Shown: positions 29,267 to 41,000, numbered from the stretch's first letter. The stretch is DNA of 64,000 nucleotides from Cyanobacteriota bacterium (GCA_046045965.1 JBJOKS010000011.1:32001-96000); one strand, 5' to 3'. Notes: generated by a model not told the origin, from the sequence alone. Numbers and translations: made by a program.

Positions 29267-30870
29267 TAGCCATTTAATAGTGCTTCAACAAATTCATAAC
29301 TAGAGAATGGACGTAAATCTTCAATTCCTTCTCCAGCACCAATAAAGCGAATGGGTAAACCTAACTGCTGGACAACAGCTAAGGCCACCCCTCCTTTTGC
29401 TGTACCATCTAGCTTGGTTAAGACAACACCGCTGAGTTGGGCGGCTTGGGAAAATACCTCAGCTTGTCGCAGTCCATTTTGTCCCAAGGTAGAATCTAGA
29501 ACTAAAAGTGATTCTACATGGGCATTTGGGGCTTTTTTGTCGATGATGCGGCGAATTTTACTCAATTCGTCCATGAGGTTTTTCTTGTTTTGCAGTCTGC
29601 CAGCGGTATCTATTAATAGTAATTCGGTTCCTCGTGATTGGGCAGCGGCGATCGCATCAAATACCACTGCTGCTGGATCTGTATTTTTACCGGGATTGGC
29701 AATAATTTCTACTCCGCTTCTTGATCCCCAAACTTTGACTTGTTCGACAGCGGCAGCCCGGAAGGTGTCAGCAGCACCAATTAAGCAGTTATAGCCAGAT
29801 TTTTGGGCTAAATGAGCGATTTTACCAATAGTGGTGGTTTTACCTGCGCCGTTGACTCCTGTAATTAACCAGATGGTTAAGTTATCTTTTTCTGGGGCAA
29901 AGCTGGATCTGGGAGATGCTTGAATTGGTGCATCTAGCATATCCCGGAGGATTTTTTTCAGGTAGGCGATCGCTTGTTCTGGTGGGGTAACTTGATCCCG
30001 TAGTTGTTTCTGTAGGGCATCAATAATAAAATCTGTGGCTTCTACTCCCACATCTGCTTGCAGGAGTAATGCTTCAATTTCAGCTACAGCAGCTTGGTTT
30101 AAAGGTCCTTGTCCAACAATTGCTTTGAGTTGGTTGAGGATATTGCGCCGAGTTTTGTCTAAGCCTTGGCGTAATTTTTTCAGCCAGGTAATTTCTTCTA
30201 TGGAAACGTCTTCTGCTCTTCTACCTTGTGCCGCTAAAACTTCTACTGACCATACAAACCCATCATCAAATTCCAGTTCGGGAATTTCTGCATCTATCTC
30301 TGGTGTGGTTGTGGTTGCTGCCGGAGTTGGTTTTGTTTCTGGTTCTTCAACTTCAACGGCGCTGGCTATCAATCTTTCTTGCTTGGCTTGCCTTTCTGCT
30401 GCGGCCCGTTCTAAAAAGGATAGAGTTGCTGGGCTGGTAACTTCTGTTTTGGTAACTTCTGTTTCTTCAGTAATAACAGCTTCTTCAGTCACAGATATTG
30501 CTTCTGGCTGGGTTGTTTGAGTTATTTCCTCTGTTGCTGTTTCTGGTGTTTCTTCAGTAACAGATATTGCTTCTGGCTGAGTTGGTGCAGCTACCTCATC
30601 TACTAACGTTTCTGTTGTTTCTTCAGTAATAGTAGCTTCTATTGCTGCATTTTCAGGAACATCACCTGTTTCTTGAATCTGAGATTGTTGTTTTTGCTGA
30701 ATATTTTTATAAGCAGCTTTAGCATAAGCCAATAGGTCTGCCGTGTCTGGTGTAGTTTCTGCGGCTGGTTCTGGCTGTGCTTCTTGTGTAGGTAGATTTT
30801 CCCCCTGTGGTTGTGGTTGGGGGGTTTCAGAAGAATCGTGATGTTGACGGCGGAACCAATTAAAAACCAT
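29266..30870 (-). CDS. ftsY: Signal recognition particle receptor FtsY
   Basis: Acidic N-terminal region; GVNGAGKTTT, DTFRAAA, DTAGR, TKLDGTAKGG. Confidence 0.96.
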   Translation of the reverse strand: MVFNWFRRQHHDSSETPQPQPQGENLPTQEAQPEPAAETTPDTADLLAYAKAAYKNIQQKQQSQIQETGDVPENAAIEATITEETTETLVDEVAAPTQPEAISVTEETPETATEEITQTTQPEAISVTEEAVITEETEVTKTEVTSPATLSFLERAAAERQAKQERLIASAVEVEEPETKPTPAATTTTPEIDAEIPELEFDDGFVWSVEVLAAQGRRAEDVSIEEITWLKKLRQGLDKTRRNILNQLKAIVGQGPLNQAAVAEIEALLLQADVGVEATDFIIDALQKQLRDQVTPPEQAIAYLKKILRDMLDAPIQASPRSSFAPEKDNLTIWLITGVNGAGKTTTIGKIAHLAQKSGYNCLIGAADTFRAAAVEQVKVWGSRSGVEIIANPGKNTDPAAVVFDAIAAAQSRGTELLLIDTAGRLQNKKNLMDELSKIRRIIDKKAPNAHVESLLVLDSTLGQNGLRQAEVFSQAAQLSGVVLTKLDGTAKGGVALAVVQQLGLPIRFIGAGEGIEDLRPFSSYEFVEALLNG

Positions 30871-31022
30871 TGCAGCAGTATTATTAGTTATGAGTTATCA
30901 GTTATGAATTATCAGTTAGTTATCAGTTTAATTTAATTCGCCAGTTTTTCCAGGGTTGGAAGCTTTAGAGTTATCCTCACTTTTAATGTAATTTAAAGAC
31001 TGGGGGAAGTGAGGATACTACC

Positions 31023-31664
31023 CTATGCTGTTTGTTTCTGTTCTGTGACGCGGCGTAGGACACCATTAATAAAGCGATGTCCATCATCTCCACTGTAGCG
31101 TTTTGCTAATTCTACTGCTTCGTTGATAGCAATACTGCTGTGAACTCCCATGAAGTTCATTTCTGCTACGGCGATTTGCAGAATATCCCGATCTATTTGG
31201 GCCAGGCGAGTTACTTGCCAATCGACTAAAGCCTCAGAAATGATTTTATCAATAATATTGCGGTGTTCATCAACGGTGATGACGATTTCTTTGGCGTAGT
31301 TGCGAACTTCTTTATCTTGATTAGCTAATTGAATTAATTCTGGGAAATCAACGGCTGTACCTAAGTCATTGATGGCTGTTTGGGTGTAGGAGATCGCTTC
31401 TTGGAGCATGGTTCTAGCTGTATTCAGGTCTGAAGCTCGCGTTTGGCTAGTTAAAAGGCGATCATTGCTGCGTTGGAGTTCTCCGGCTGCATTATTGAGG
31501 GTATCTTGAACTTCTTTGGTTAGAGTGCGGACTGCACCCAGGACTAATTTGGCTACTAGTTGGTCATCTGGCAGTTTCTCCAATTTCTTGGGGTTTACTG
31601 GCAGCTGGCTCAGGCTTAACAATGCCAATTCGCGTGCTATTTGCTGGGGTTTACGACGTTGCAT
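31023..31664 (-). CDS. nusB: Transcription antitermination factor NusB
   Basis: [38 protein letters not shown]; likely start MQRRK at 31664. Confidence 0.92.
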   Translation of the reverse strand: MQRRKPQQIARELALLSLSQLPVNPKKLEKLPDDQLVAKLVLGAVRTLTKEVQDTLNNAAGELQRSNDRLLTSQTRASDLNTARTMLQEAISYTQTAINDLGTAVDFPELIQLANQDKEVRNYAKEIVITVDEHRNIIDKIISEALVDWQVTRLAQIDRDILQIAVAEMNFMGVHSSIAINEAVELAKRYSGDDGHRFINGVLRRVTEQKQTA

Positions 31665-31774
31665 AGTGGTAGTAATTGGGGCAGAAGGAATTAAAAAGTA
31701 ATTAAGTAAATGGGGCAAACTTCTCACTATATCAAGTTTGACACATTTTAACAATTAGCTGATCTGTGAGAATG

Positions 31775-32584
31775 TTAGGCTTCTTCTATTACAGAAATGA
31801 CATGATTTGTGGTTTCTGTTGCTGGCTCTGCGGCTGGTAAAATGAATGAGGATAGTCCTGTATTGGGGGCAACGATACCACCAGAAACGACTATTTTAAA
31901 AGCGTCTTCTATGGACATGGAGAGGTTTACTACTTCCTCTTCTGGAACTACTGCATACCATCCAGTGGTAGGGTTGGGGGTAGTGGGGATGAAAACGCTC
32001 AACATGGGTTGATTCATCTGGGCTTGGATATCACTGCTAATTGCACCAGTGACAAAGGCGATCGCCCAAATTCCCCGTCTGGGATATTCTAATAAAACTA
32101 CACGGCGAAATTTGCCATTGGAATCTTTGAGAACTGTTTCTAATAATTGCTTGAGGGTTTTGTATACTTGACCAGCTAAGGGTATAGCTTGCAGTATTCT
32201 TTCCCCAAAATCTAGCAACCATTTACCAACTATATTCCGAGCCATCAAGCCAATTACCAGGATGCTCAGTAGTGGTACTGCTAGTCCGACTACAAAATTT
32301 AGGACATTGACTAGTATAGGATGTAAACCATCAAAGGGATTTAGCTGTTTGGGGATTTGGGTGAGAAAATTAACTACCCAACTGGCAATAGTAATGGTCA
32401 GCCAGATGGTAGTTGCTAGGGGAATTACCACCAACAAACCAGCAATCAGGTCATTTTTTAAGTCCTGTTTCAGGCGTTCAATTACCAAGCCCCGATTCTC
32501 CTTTTTTTTGGCTACGAAAATTTTTGTGTTTGCGATCTCAAGCCCTATAACCATGACGAGGCTGAATAAAGCGCCTCCTATCAC
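31775..32584 (-). CDS. DUF502 membrane protein (start uncertain)
   Basis: IAGLLVVIPLATT, VVLLEYPRRG, VFIPTTPNPTTGW, FKIVVSGG. Confidence 0.85.
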   Translation of the reverse strand: MIGGALFSLVMVIGLEIANTKIFVAKKKENRGLVIERLKQDLKNDLIAGLLVVIPLATTIWLTITIASWVVNFLTQIPKQLNPFDGLHPILVNVLNFVVGLAVPLLSILVIGLMARNIVGKWLLDFGERILQAIPLAGQVYKTLKQLLETVLKDSNGKFRRVVLLEYPRRGIWAIAFVTGAISSDIQAQMNQPMLSVFIPTTPNPTTGWYAVVPEEEVVNLSMSIEDAFKIVVSGGIVAPNTGLSSFILPAAEPATETTNHVISVIEEA

Positions 32585-32714
32585 CAGGTTAATAGCTGTT
32601 GGAAGTCATGGTTACTTAACAAGTGTTACGTTTCTTTGTAATACTTGTAAATGATTGTTGCAAGTTTCTCAGGTATTACTAATCCTAACGCGCTATCTGA
32701 CCAGATGCCCAAAA

Positions 32715-33584
32715 TTATTTGATGATTGGACTTTCATCATTGCTGGGTTGCTCAATGTCTAGGCTGGGTGTAGGTAAATATTTCAATTCCCAGACTTTTA
32801 GTAAAATTAGGTATTCATAGAATGCTTGTAAAGTACACCAAGCTAAACCAGGTTGCCCGTCTAAGCAGCCACGTAATAAAAAGTACATATAAATAAAGCG
32901 GATCAGTGGTCTAACTGGTGTTCTCAAAGATACATCCTTGAGGGCGCGTCGTCTTTCCACTTCTGTTTTTCCGAAGAATAAATCTCGCCAGTTAACGTTT
33001 CCTTGTTGTAATTGATACAGGGTTTCTCTAGCTTCATCTGTAGAATAACGGTTATGTTTTTCAATCCAGCGGGTTAACCCTTTGCTACAGGTGTAATGGG
33101 GATAGGTTTCTTTGATAAAGCCGGTTGCACCGTCACAGACTTCTCTTTCTGTGTGACCATAGTCTGTAAACCAAACTTTACCGTGACGGAAAAGACGTAA
33201 TTGATAACGGGGATATTGGGTACTATAGCGAATCCAACGATTCATAAACATCACCCTTTCTGCAACATAGTAGGCGATGTAGTCAGGATTTTTGGTGGCG
33301 GCTAGACACTCAGCAAATAGTTCTGGTGTCATGCGTTCGTCGGCTTCGAGAATGTACACCCATTCGTATTTGGGAGTAACTGACTCTAACATCCAGGTGC
33401 GTTGTTTACCGTGGCTTTCAAAAGGATGTTGAACGATGCGAACAGGATAACGACTAGCTATTTCTACGGTGCGATCGCTGCTGCACGAGTCTATAACCAT
33501 AATGTCATCAGATAGCATCGCTGACTCAATACAAGCTGCAATATCTAGTTCTTCGTTATAGGTGAGTATGTAAATTGATAACAT
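32715..33584 (-). CDS. Family 2 glycosyltransferase, HpsK-like by position
   Basis: ILTYNEE, IDSCSSDRT, LEADE; last gene of the hps-like cluster. Confidence 0.85.
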   Translation of the reverse strand: MLSIYILTYNEELDIAACIESAMLSDDIMVIDSCSSDRTVEIASRYPVRIVQHPFESHGKQRTWMLESVTPKYEWVYILEADERMTPELFAECLAATKNPDYIAYYVAERVMFMNRWIRYSTQYPRYQLRLFRHGKVWFTDYGHTEREVCDGATGFIKETYPHYTCSKGLTRWIEKHNRYSTDEARETLYQLQQGNVNWRDLFFGKTEVERRRALKDVSLRTPVRPLIRFIYMYFLLRGCLDGQPGLAWCTLQAFYEYLILLKVWELKYLPTPSLDIEQPSNDESPIIK

Positions 33585-33688
33585 TTCCAGTTGTATAGAT
33601 ATTTGACTAAATTTGAAGTGTTTTGTCGCTGTGATTGATAATAAGCCGCCAATTCTAATTGACGGCTCCTACTCAGTAATCACAAAGA

Positions 33689-33893
33689 AGGCAGGAGGCA
33701 GAGGGTAGGAGGCAGGAGGGAAGAAGTATGAACATTTTAGTTCTCGGTCTAAAGCCCAGTTTAAAAGAGGAATTGTATCGATACGCATAGCGCGTTAGCA
33801 AAGCGGCACGAAGTGCAATACAAAGCGTTCTTGCTTCAATCCCACGTTTTAAAACGTGGGTTCCTCCTGCCTCCTGCCTCCTATCTCCTGCCT
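33689..33893. mobile_element. MITE-like element bounded by inverted GGCAGGA arrays
   Basis: Left (GGCAGGA)n, right (TCCTGCC)n; internal perfect 20-bp palindrome CCCACGTTTTAAAACGTGGG at 33841-33860. Confidence 0.65.
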
Positions 33894-33906
33894 CTTGAAC
33901 TATAAA

Positions 33907-34743
33907 TTAACGGGCTGGAGCTTTACGTTTAGCACCTTGTAAAGCACCCATACCTTTTAAACCTGTCCAACCGATGATGATATAACCGATTGATAACAAC
34001 AAACTGCTGATACCTATCCGTAGTCCAGATTTCCAAGCGTTGTCTTTTGCTTGTTTTTCTGCGTCTTCTTTACGTTGGCGAATTTGGCTGATTCTTTGTT
34101 TGGCTACTTCATTAGGATCTGTTTGCTGGGCAATAAATTTGTCCAATTCTTGGGGATTAGCTTTAAATTTCTTCAGTAATTCTTTTTGCTCTGCGGGCAG
34201 TTGGGGATTTTCAAGTGCTTGCTTATATCTCTGCTCGTCTTTTAGTAGTTCAGTAAACTGGGCCTTAGCTTGGCTTCGTGCTTGTTCTAACTGAGCTTTG
34301 GCCTGATCATTATTGAGCTGAGTGAGAAATTGAGATAGCTGGTTGTTAAGTTGAGATTCTGCTTGCTGGGCATCTTGGGAAATTTGATTGACTCTTTGTG
34401 TACTAGCTTGACGGACATTGTTGAGGTGGAGGGGAAAAATCAACAAAAACATCAAACCCAAGATGCTGGAAAGTATCAGAGATGGCAATTTTAAATTCAT
34501 CCCTGCGCCGCCACCTGTTTCAGCACTATCAAACCAATATGCAGCCAATATCATTCCTAAACCGACCATTGGCACAATTCCCCTGTCCACTAGGGCTGTT
34601 GTTAAGCCAATTTGTGCTTGTTTGTCAGTGGGACTGAAGCCCAGTAACAAAATCACAAAATCAACGAAAAAAGACAAAATACATACTATCCCAACTACTT
34701 TGAGTGCGAGGGAACTATTCGAGGAAGCAGCACGGTTAACCAT
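33907..34743 (-). CDS. hpsJ: HpsJ-family membrane protein
   Basis: 3 N-terminal TM helices with LVDRGIVPMVG, long Gln-rich coiled coil, C-terminal TM; position in the hps locus. Confidence 0.75.
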   Translation of the reverse strand: MVNRAASSNSSLALKVVGIVCILSFFVDFVILLLGFSPTDKQAQIGLTTALVDRGIVPMVGLGMILAAYWFDSAETGGGAGMNLKLPSLILSSILGLMFLLIFPLHLNNVRQASTQRVNQISQDAQQAESQLNNQLSQFLTQLNNDQAKAQLEQARSQAKAQFTELLKDEQRYKQALENPQLPAEQKELLKKFKANPQELDKFIAQQTDPNEVAKQRISQIRQRKEDAEKQAKDNAWKSGLRIGISSLLLSIGYIIIGWTGLKGMGALQGAKRKAPAR

Positions 34744-34850
34744 ATTTTTGTAAATTTTTTGTGAATAAAACTGTTTGCCACTTAATAAAGTTACAACTTT
34801 TTGAGGAGATAGGAGGCAGGAGGCAGGGAGATAATAAGAACTGATAACTG

Positions 34851-35489
34851 TTAACTGTTAACTGTTAACTGTTGCCAAACAGGTAGGTCTTCTGGACGGT
34901 CAACATCAGCCAAAGTAGGTAAGTATACAGATGATATATTAAGTCGTTGGGCAATTTCTACAGTTTGTGGAAATACTGTAGCAGTTCCCCAGGGGATTTG
35001 AGAAAATAACTCTGGGATAACTCGACGTAAACCAATTAAGTAATAACCACCGTCCAGTGCAGGTCCTAGCACTAAGTCACAAACTTGAAGTTTTTCAAAG
35101 GCTGATGCTAAAATGTGAGAATTTAGACCAGGGCAATCAGTACCAATGATGATTACCTGTTCTGCATGGCTGTCAAAAGCATCTGCAAGCGATCGCATCA
35201 TCCGCTGACCTAAGTCTCCTTCACCTTGATTTTTATACACAAAATCTAGACCTAACCAATTTTGCATTAGTTCCCAATTACCCCCTGCAAACCGAACTTC
35301 CACAGTTATAGCAGATATATTTTGTAATTCTTTTACCTGTAATATAGTATGTTCTGTCATCTGTTTTTGCAGATTAGCAGCACCAACTTCACCCAAAGCT
35401 GGTATCAGTCGGGTTTTTGTTTTCCCAGGTTCTGGATAGCGGGTAAAAATAATTAAGTGTTGTTTTGGGATAGTTAGTGATTTTTGCAC
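34851..35489 (-). CDS. DUF2064/TIGR04282-type glycosyltransferase-like protein
   Basis: FTRYPEPGKTKTRL, QGEGDLGQRM, IGTDCP, LGPALDGGYYLIG, DVDRPEDL. Confidence 0.85.
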   Translation of the reverse strand: MQKSLTIPKQHLIIFTRYPEPGKTKTRLIPALGEVGAANLQKQMTEHTILQVKELQNISAITVEVRFAGGNWELMQNWLGLDFVYKNQGEGDLGQRMMRSLADAFDSHAEQVIIIGTDCPGLNSHILASAFEKLQVCDLVLGPALDGGYYLIGLRRVIPELFSQIPWGTATVFPQTVEIAQRLNISSVYLPTLADVDRPEDLPVWQQLTVNS

Positions 35490-35584
35490 AGGGTATTGGG
35501 GAATGGGGAATGGTGACTGGGGACTGGTGACTGGGAAGGAAGAATGAATTTATTACCAATTACCCATTATCAATTACCGATTTC

Positions 35585-36124
35585 TTAATAACAATATCTG
35601 CCACTTTCAGCAGTAGGATTTTCTTTTGCAGTTCTCAGAGTCCCTAAAATTGTGGATACAAAAACACAACGTTTTGCTTTTCCACCAGACTTACTAGATA
35701 GGGTGATTCTACCTAAAGGGGGTTTTCTCACACTGCCTAAATCATCAAATTGAATATTTTTTATATTATCAGACTCTGGTAAAGTTGTTTCTTCATCTAA
35801 CTGAATATGAGAATCTAAACTATTCCATACAGCATTTGCTGGGGTGACAGTAGCTGGATGAACTGCCCATAGAAGTATACCATTTTCTTCTCTAAAACTA
35901 GTTTGCCAGGTTAATTTTTCCTTTTTAGCTTGACTTTGGGCTTGACGCATAGCTTGATAAATTTGTTCTTGAGCAGTATTAAGACGACGACTATTGATAA
36001 AAGAAAGCCAACTTGGTACTAGTATTGCTGCTAATATACTAATCATAAACAGAACCATTAAATTTTCCAGCAAGGTAAATCCGTTATTTGATTGAGAAAA
36101 AGAGAATTTATATTTTCTGTTCAT
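35585..36124 (-). CDS. Type IV pilin-like protein (FimT-like; HpsD/H position)
   Basis: Prepilin motif G|FTLLE, hydrophobic helix, C-terminal RCVFVSTILG. Confidence 0.85.
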   Translation of the reverse strand: MNRKYKFSFSQSNNGFTLLENLMVLFMISILAAILVPSWLSFINSRRLNTAQEQIYQAMRQAQSQAKKEKLTWQTSFREENGILLWAVHPATVTPANAVWNSLDSHIQLDEETTLPESDNIKNIQFDDLGSVRKPPLGRITLSSKSGGKAKRCVFVSTILGTLRTAKENPTAESGRYCY

Positions 36125-36181
36125 TGTTAAATAGATGGGTATAGGTGACTGGGGAGAAAATCCATAATTACCAATTAAGAA

Positions 36182-37198
36182 TTACTTATACAAAAGTCCT
36201 TTTCCCTGAATTTTGATAGTTGCAGTAGGGAAAAAAGTCATTTTATTGGCACTGTAATTAATATTTGAATTATTATTGAGACGAGCTAGGGCATTACCGC
36301 GAATAAATATTTGTGCTGTTGTGTTTAGCCTATCAACACAAGCATAAAAACTGGTCATTTCCCCAGTGTTTGTATCATTAAAAGTTTGTGAAGTTACTTT
36401 TGACCACGTAATGTTAGGATTTGTAGAGTTAGGTGGACAAGTTGCTGGAGGTGCATTAGTGATAGTTTGATCAATATAGTCAACAAGGACCAATGTATTA
36501 GCAGTATAGGCATCATCACCTTTTTTCCAACTATTCATTATTGCTTCTAAAGTACCTGGTTGGTTGAGTTCAAAAGGAGCAAAACCATTACTCGGACAAA
36601 ATTCATCAGGGTTACTAGAACTACCTTTAACATATTTCCCTGGATATCCAGTACATTCTCTTGTGTTATTAATATCGGTATTATTGGCTAGGACACCATC
36701 TCTAATTTTCCATTTACCAATGCGAGCAGTTTTAGACCAATTAGAAGCAGAACGGGTATTATCTTGTATTAAGTAATAAACAACTAATGAATAGACAAAA
36801 GTATCATTTTTAGAGGAACTGCCGGAAATGTGCAGGACATCTTTTATTAATTCTCGCTGCCAAAAAACAAGCACTGGAACTCTATTAATACCTCTGGGAG
36901 CAGAAGGAAGTTGATTTTTGATAGCGTCTATACCGTTAGCATCATAGATATAAACAGCTTGTTTTAAATCGCGAGCAATGTAATCTAATGCTGCTTGAAT
37001 TTCTTGTTCAGAAGTTGCTTTAGCTTGTTCTTTTTTGTCTTTTTCCATCACATTAATCATCAAGCCTAACAAAGATGTAATGATGATAAATGCTATTGTT
37101 AAACCTACAACTAATTCAATTAAAGTAAAACCATTTTTGGCGTTAACAAATTTCGAGATTTTTATTTGTTTGGTGATTATAAAATTGATAAAATTCAT
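36182..37198 (-). CDS. hpsC: Hormogonium polysaccharide pseudopilin HpsC-like (PilW-like)
   Basis: G|FTLIE; EQEIQAALDYIARDLKQAVYIY. Confidence 0.75.
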   Translation of the reverse strand: MNFINFIITKQIKISKFVNAKNGFTLIELVVGLTIAFIIITSLLGLMINVMEKDKKEQAKATSEQEIQAALDYIARDLKQAVYIYDANGIDAIKNQLPSAPRGINRVPVLVFWQRELIKDVLHISGSSSKNDTFVYSLVVYYLIQDNTRSASNWSKTARIGKWKIRDGVLANNTDINNTRECTGYPGKYVKGSSSNPDEFCPSNGFAPFELNQPGTLEAIMNSWKKGDDAYTANTLVLVDYIDQTITNAPPATCPPNSTNPNITWSKVTSQTFNDTNTGEMTSFYACVDRLNTTAQIFIRGNALARLNNNSNINYSANKMTFFPTATIKIQGKGLLYK

Positions 37199-37305
37199 CT
37201 TGATATCAGAATTAGTGGTAATTGGTAATTGGAAAAAGGGAACAGGTGACAGGTGACAGGTAAAAATCTTTTCCTCCCCTGCTTCCCCTGCTTCCCCTGC
37301 TTCTC

Positions 37306-38019
37306 TTATCTACAACTTACAGGGGTTGGAGTCGCTGTTGGTGTGGGTGCAGATAGGGGAGTACCTAAACGCTGACATAAAGCCTGAAATGTAGTCCTAT
37401 CATCAGCTATTTCTGTGGTCATTTCTATTAATGGTGCTTGTGTATCACCCAGTCCATTAGTTATAGGAGATGCTGTTTGTTTAGTTGTTGCATCAGTGTT
37501 GATTTTTATGGTTTTACTAAAATCAATATCTGCGCGAAAAACTCGAATTGCTAAACGATAACCGTCGTTTTTTTCGGTAGTTTGTACAATTCTTCCGGCT
37601 TGAATATAAAATAAATTATTTGTACAATCTGTATTACTAATTATGCCATTTTGGTTGTAACAATATAGGTCTGTTGCTGATGTAGGTGCTGGCATTTCTG
37701 TGGTAGTTATTAAATAATCATTGGGACTGATAGTAAGATTTCTATGTGTATCTGTATTAGCAGAAAGTTGAGATACTATAGTTGGTGCTGTAACTGAACC
37801 AATTCTCACTCCATCAATAAATGTTCTTGCTGCTTGAGATGACATTTCCACTCGACGAGCTTGAACACGAATAGCTGTTGACATGACTAAAACTGGTGCG
37901 ATCGCTGTTAGTAATAAAGCAGCTACAACCATTCCTAATAATGACTCTAAAATGCTAAAACCAGAATTATGGTGACAGGTGAAAGTTTGAAAAATCTTAT
38001 CACATCTATGTTTTATCAT
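37306..38019 (-). CDS. hpsB: Pseudopilin HpsB-like (PilV-like)
   Basis: G|FSILE; RVQARRVE...FIDGVR; start MIKHR at 38019, directly after the hpsA stop. Confidence 0.75.
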   Translation of the reverse strand: MIKHRCDKIFQTFTCHHNSGFSILESLLGMVVAALLLTAIAPVLVMSTAIRVQARRVEMSSQAARTFIDGVRIGSVTAPTIVSQLSANTDTHRNLTISPNDYLITTTEMPAPTSATDLYCYNQNGIISNTDCTNNLFYIQAGRIVQTTEKNDGYRLAIRVFRADIDFSKTIKINTDATTKQTASPITNGLGDTQAPLIEMTTEIADDRTTFQALCQRLGTPLSAPTPTATPTPVSCR

Positions 38020-38023
38020 AGTT

Positions 38024-41000
38024 CTATTGACAATTAGGACGTTGATCTTGATCAATTGCATAAGTGCTGGTTTCAGTTTTTTTTGCACATAAAAGAGTTT
38101 TAATCCATTCATCATCTCGACTGACTTCACGAAAGTATTCATTTGGTAATTCACTAGATATTGTTACCAGTTTTTGAGAAAATAAATCAGGAGATTGAGA
38201 TAAAAGTCCTACATCATAAGTCCATTGTCTTGTCGGTGGAAGATGTCCAAAACTTCTACCGTTGTTAACAGCAATTTGATATTTAAAATCACTAAATTGA
38301 GTATTTATAGATGTGCTATAAGTTCCTGTTCCATAAGCACTTCTTTTCATTTGGATGAAAGCACCGCTCATTTTTAAAGTTATCGGAATGTTGTTAGGAC
38401 TCCAATTTTCTAAAAAGCGGACAAGGTTCGGTAAACCTCCGTTATCTTCCGTAGGACGACCTGGGTTATCTCCAGTAGCAGCAATTAAATTAAATGTAGT
38501 TTCAGTTGCTATTTGTAACCAATTATTATGTGAACCATTGGTTATGCTTGTGGTGTTATTAGGGTCTTCATCTGTAGCAAATGGTTTGTTAATTTGTAAA
38601 ACAGGTTGCCAATTTCCATCTTCATCAGGGACTAACCAAGGAATGAGAAATGTTTGATTATTTTCGTTTTTTGCTAATCTTGGTAATGTTTTTTCTGATA
38701 TATAAAAAGCTTGAATTTTATTGTTATTATCTACTCCGTATATAGCAAGGGGTGTTATTAATTCACCAGTGAGAATATCTCGTTTAAAAGCTAGTCTCTT
38801 AGGTAAATTTGGATCATTCCAACCGTTGGATGCTGGGTTACTATTACCAACCGATCCGGTTTTAATTGCACTCATTGGTAAACCTTCAATATTACCTCCT
38901 CCATTTCGCCAATTATTCTGTCCTTGTCCGTCATAAGCGTTGTAAGGAACATTCGTAATTACCCAGTTTCTGGGGTCACTATTACATTCATCAATATCTG
39001 AAACAGAACAAACTTCAAAAACAAATTCTCTCGCTGGTATTTGTTTGACTATAGGTGTAACAAAGTTATGAAAATAAGAGCTTCCTTGAAAACCATTAAT
39101 ATTTGGTTCTAAATCAACTTTGGGTATACCATTACTATAATAATTAGCAGTTACTGTGGGAGCATAGCTATTATATTTAAAGTGGACAGGACGACTATTT
39201 AATAATTCCGTGTCATCGCTATTATTGTTCCAGTCATAGTCTCCCTCATTTCTAAAACCAAATCGGAAATTATTAGAAAGTAAGGTGATAGAATCTGCTA
39301 AAATAACGGCATTTCGCCATTCATCACCACTGTTACAATTTGGTAATTTTGGATCACCTGGACGACAAGCAAAGTTAGGATTAATTTGACTACGAGTGTA
39401 GAAGTTACTCCAATCTGATGCTAATGCTGTGGTAAATTCTTCTTGGGTATGTTTATTAAAGTCACCTTTGATATAAACTGGTAAATTAGAAACAAAAATT
39501 AAACCTTTTTCTTCTTTCCTAAAAGTATTACTTGTACTACGAAAAAGTTTAGTTTCTGAACCATCATTACTTGTAATTAAAATCCCATTAGGACGACGGG
39601 TAGAGTCAAGTTTATAATCTACTGAACTTTCTAATTTTTCTGCTGTTGATGTACCTGCACTAATATCGGGTAAAGCATCATCACGACTTGCGTAAATAAT
39701 ACCACTATTGGGAAGTAAATATTCATCTGATATTGTCTTTGTCCGTAGTTGATTTAAGTCTATAACAGTTGTACGAATTTCTAAAGGTTGTCTATCTTGT
39801 AGCGGTAGATTGTATGATAAATCAGCATCTAAACTATTAGTTTGATTAGCTTTTATTTGTCTAGAATCTAAAAAAGCTGTTTCTTTAATTGCACCATGAG
39901 GAATAGGGGGAGTAGTAGCGGGAGTAATGCTACCATCCATAATTTGTAAAGCGCATAAAGCGGCATCAACAGCAGATTTTTCTGATAAGGTGAGGTTTGT
40001 TTTTCCTAACGCATTTCTCAGTGGTTCATTTACCCAGCGTCCATTAGGATATTGCAAATTAGCTTGATAATTCAGTAAATTTGCATAACTACTGACGGTT
40101 TTATTAGGTGGTGGATAGACTATACCGTTGTTAGATAAACCATTAATATCCTTTTCTATCCCTACCGCATCAGGTAATGTACTGATATTTTTCGCTGTGT
40201 TGCTGTTGGTAGGGATGTAAAAACTACTGATACAAGCTATAGGTGTAGGGTTGCTCTGACTATAATGAGCAGATTTGTAGTGATAAACTACGGTAGCTCT
40301 CATTTTTAGATAAGAGGTAGTTATGTCACTTTCAAGCAGTTTAGGTAAAATAAAATCTAGTGATGAATCATATATACTATAGGGGTTAATTGTTGTCGGT
40401 GCTGGTGCTTGGGGTACTGGCAACATATCAGACCAGATTTGTGTAGAAGCAGTACTAAAATCGCTGGTAGTAGCAGTATTATTTCTGGGTAAATAAATTC
40501 CTGCACCAGTAACTACACGCAAACCACCAACGGGATGTTCTGGGTTGTCTGGTACTTGCGCTGCTGCATATTCCCAGTCTCCATCTCTGTCGGTTGCTGC
40601 AATATCAGCTAATATTTGTACAGTGGTGCGACGGGTTCGGGTTGTGGTTTCATTACTCAAATCCCAATTAATCCCGGTAATATCTTGGGTATCGTCTATA
40701 TTTGCACTAAAAAACCGTTTTTGTTCATCATTCCACCACTGTTGAGGTAAGTTGTTACCAACTAAAGTTCTATCACCTAGAAATTGTTCTACTCCAGCTA
40801 ATTCTTTTTGGAGTTTATCAATGGGTTCTGTAGCACTAGGTTTGAGTAAATTACCAGTAATATTTAAAGATAATTGACTATTGTCAGGATTAACCCATTT
40901 ATCTAGAGGACGCAGTGTATCACCACTACCTTGTAATGGATTACTAATACTATTTACATCTCTTTGTTCATCACCAAAAGCCACTTCTGCAAAAGGTACG

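Noticed and set aside
29351..30520. Plus-strand ORFs of 147 and 161 aa opposite ftsY, and similar ORFs opposite the ABC ATPase, ctaA, coxB, DUF502, hpsJ, hpsA, pilins, PEP-CTERM and dxs
   Set aside because: Antisense shadows of well-supported genes with no recognisable motifs
38020..38154. N-terminal extension of the hpsB-like ORF
   Set aside because: Overlaps the hpsA 3' end; ATG at 38019 gives a normal prepilin leader
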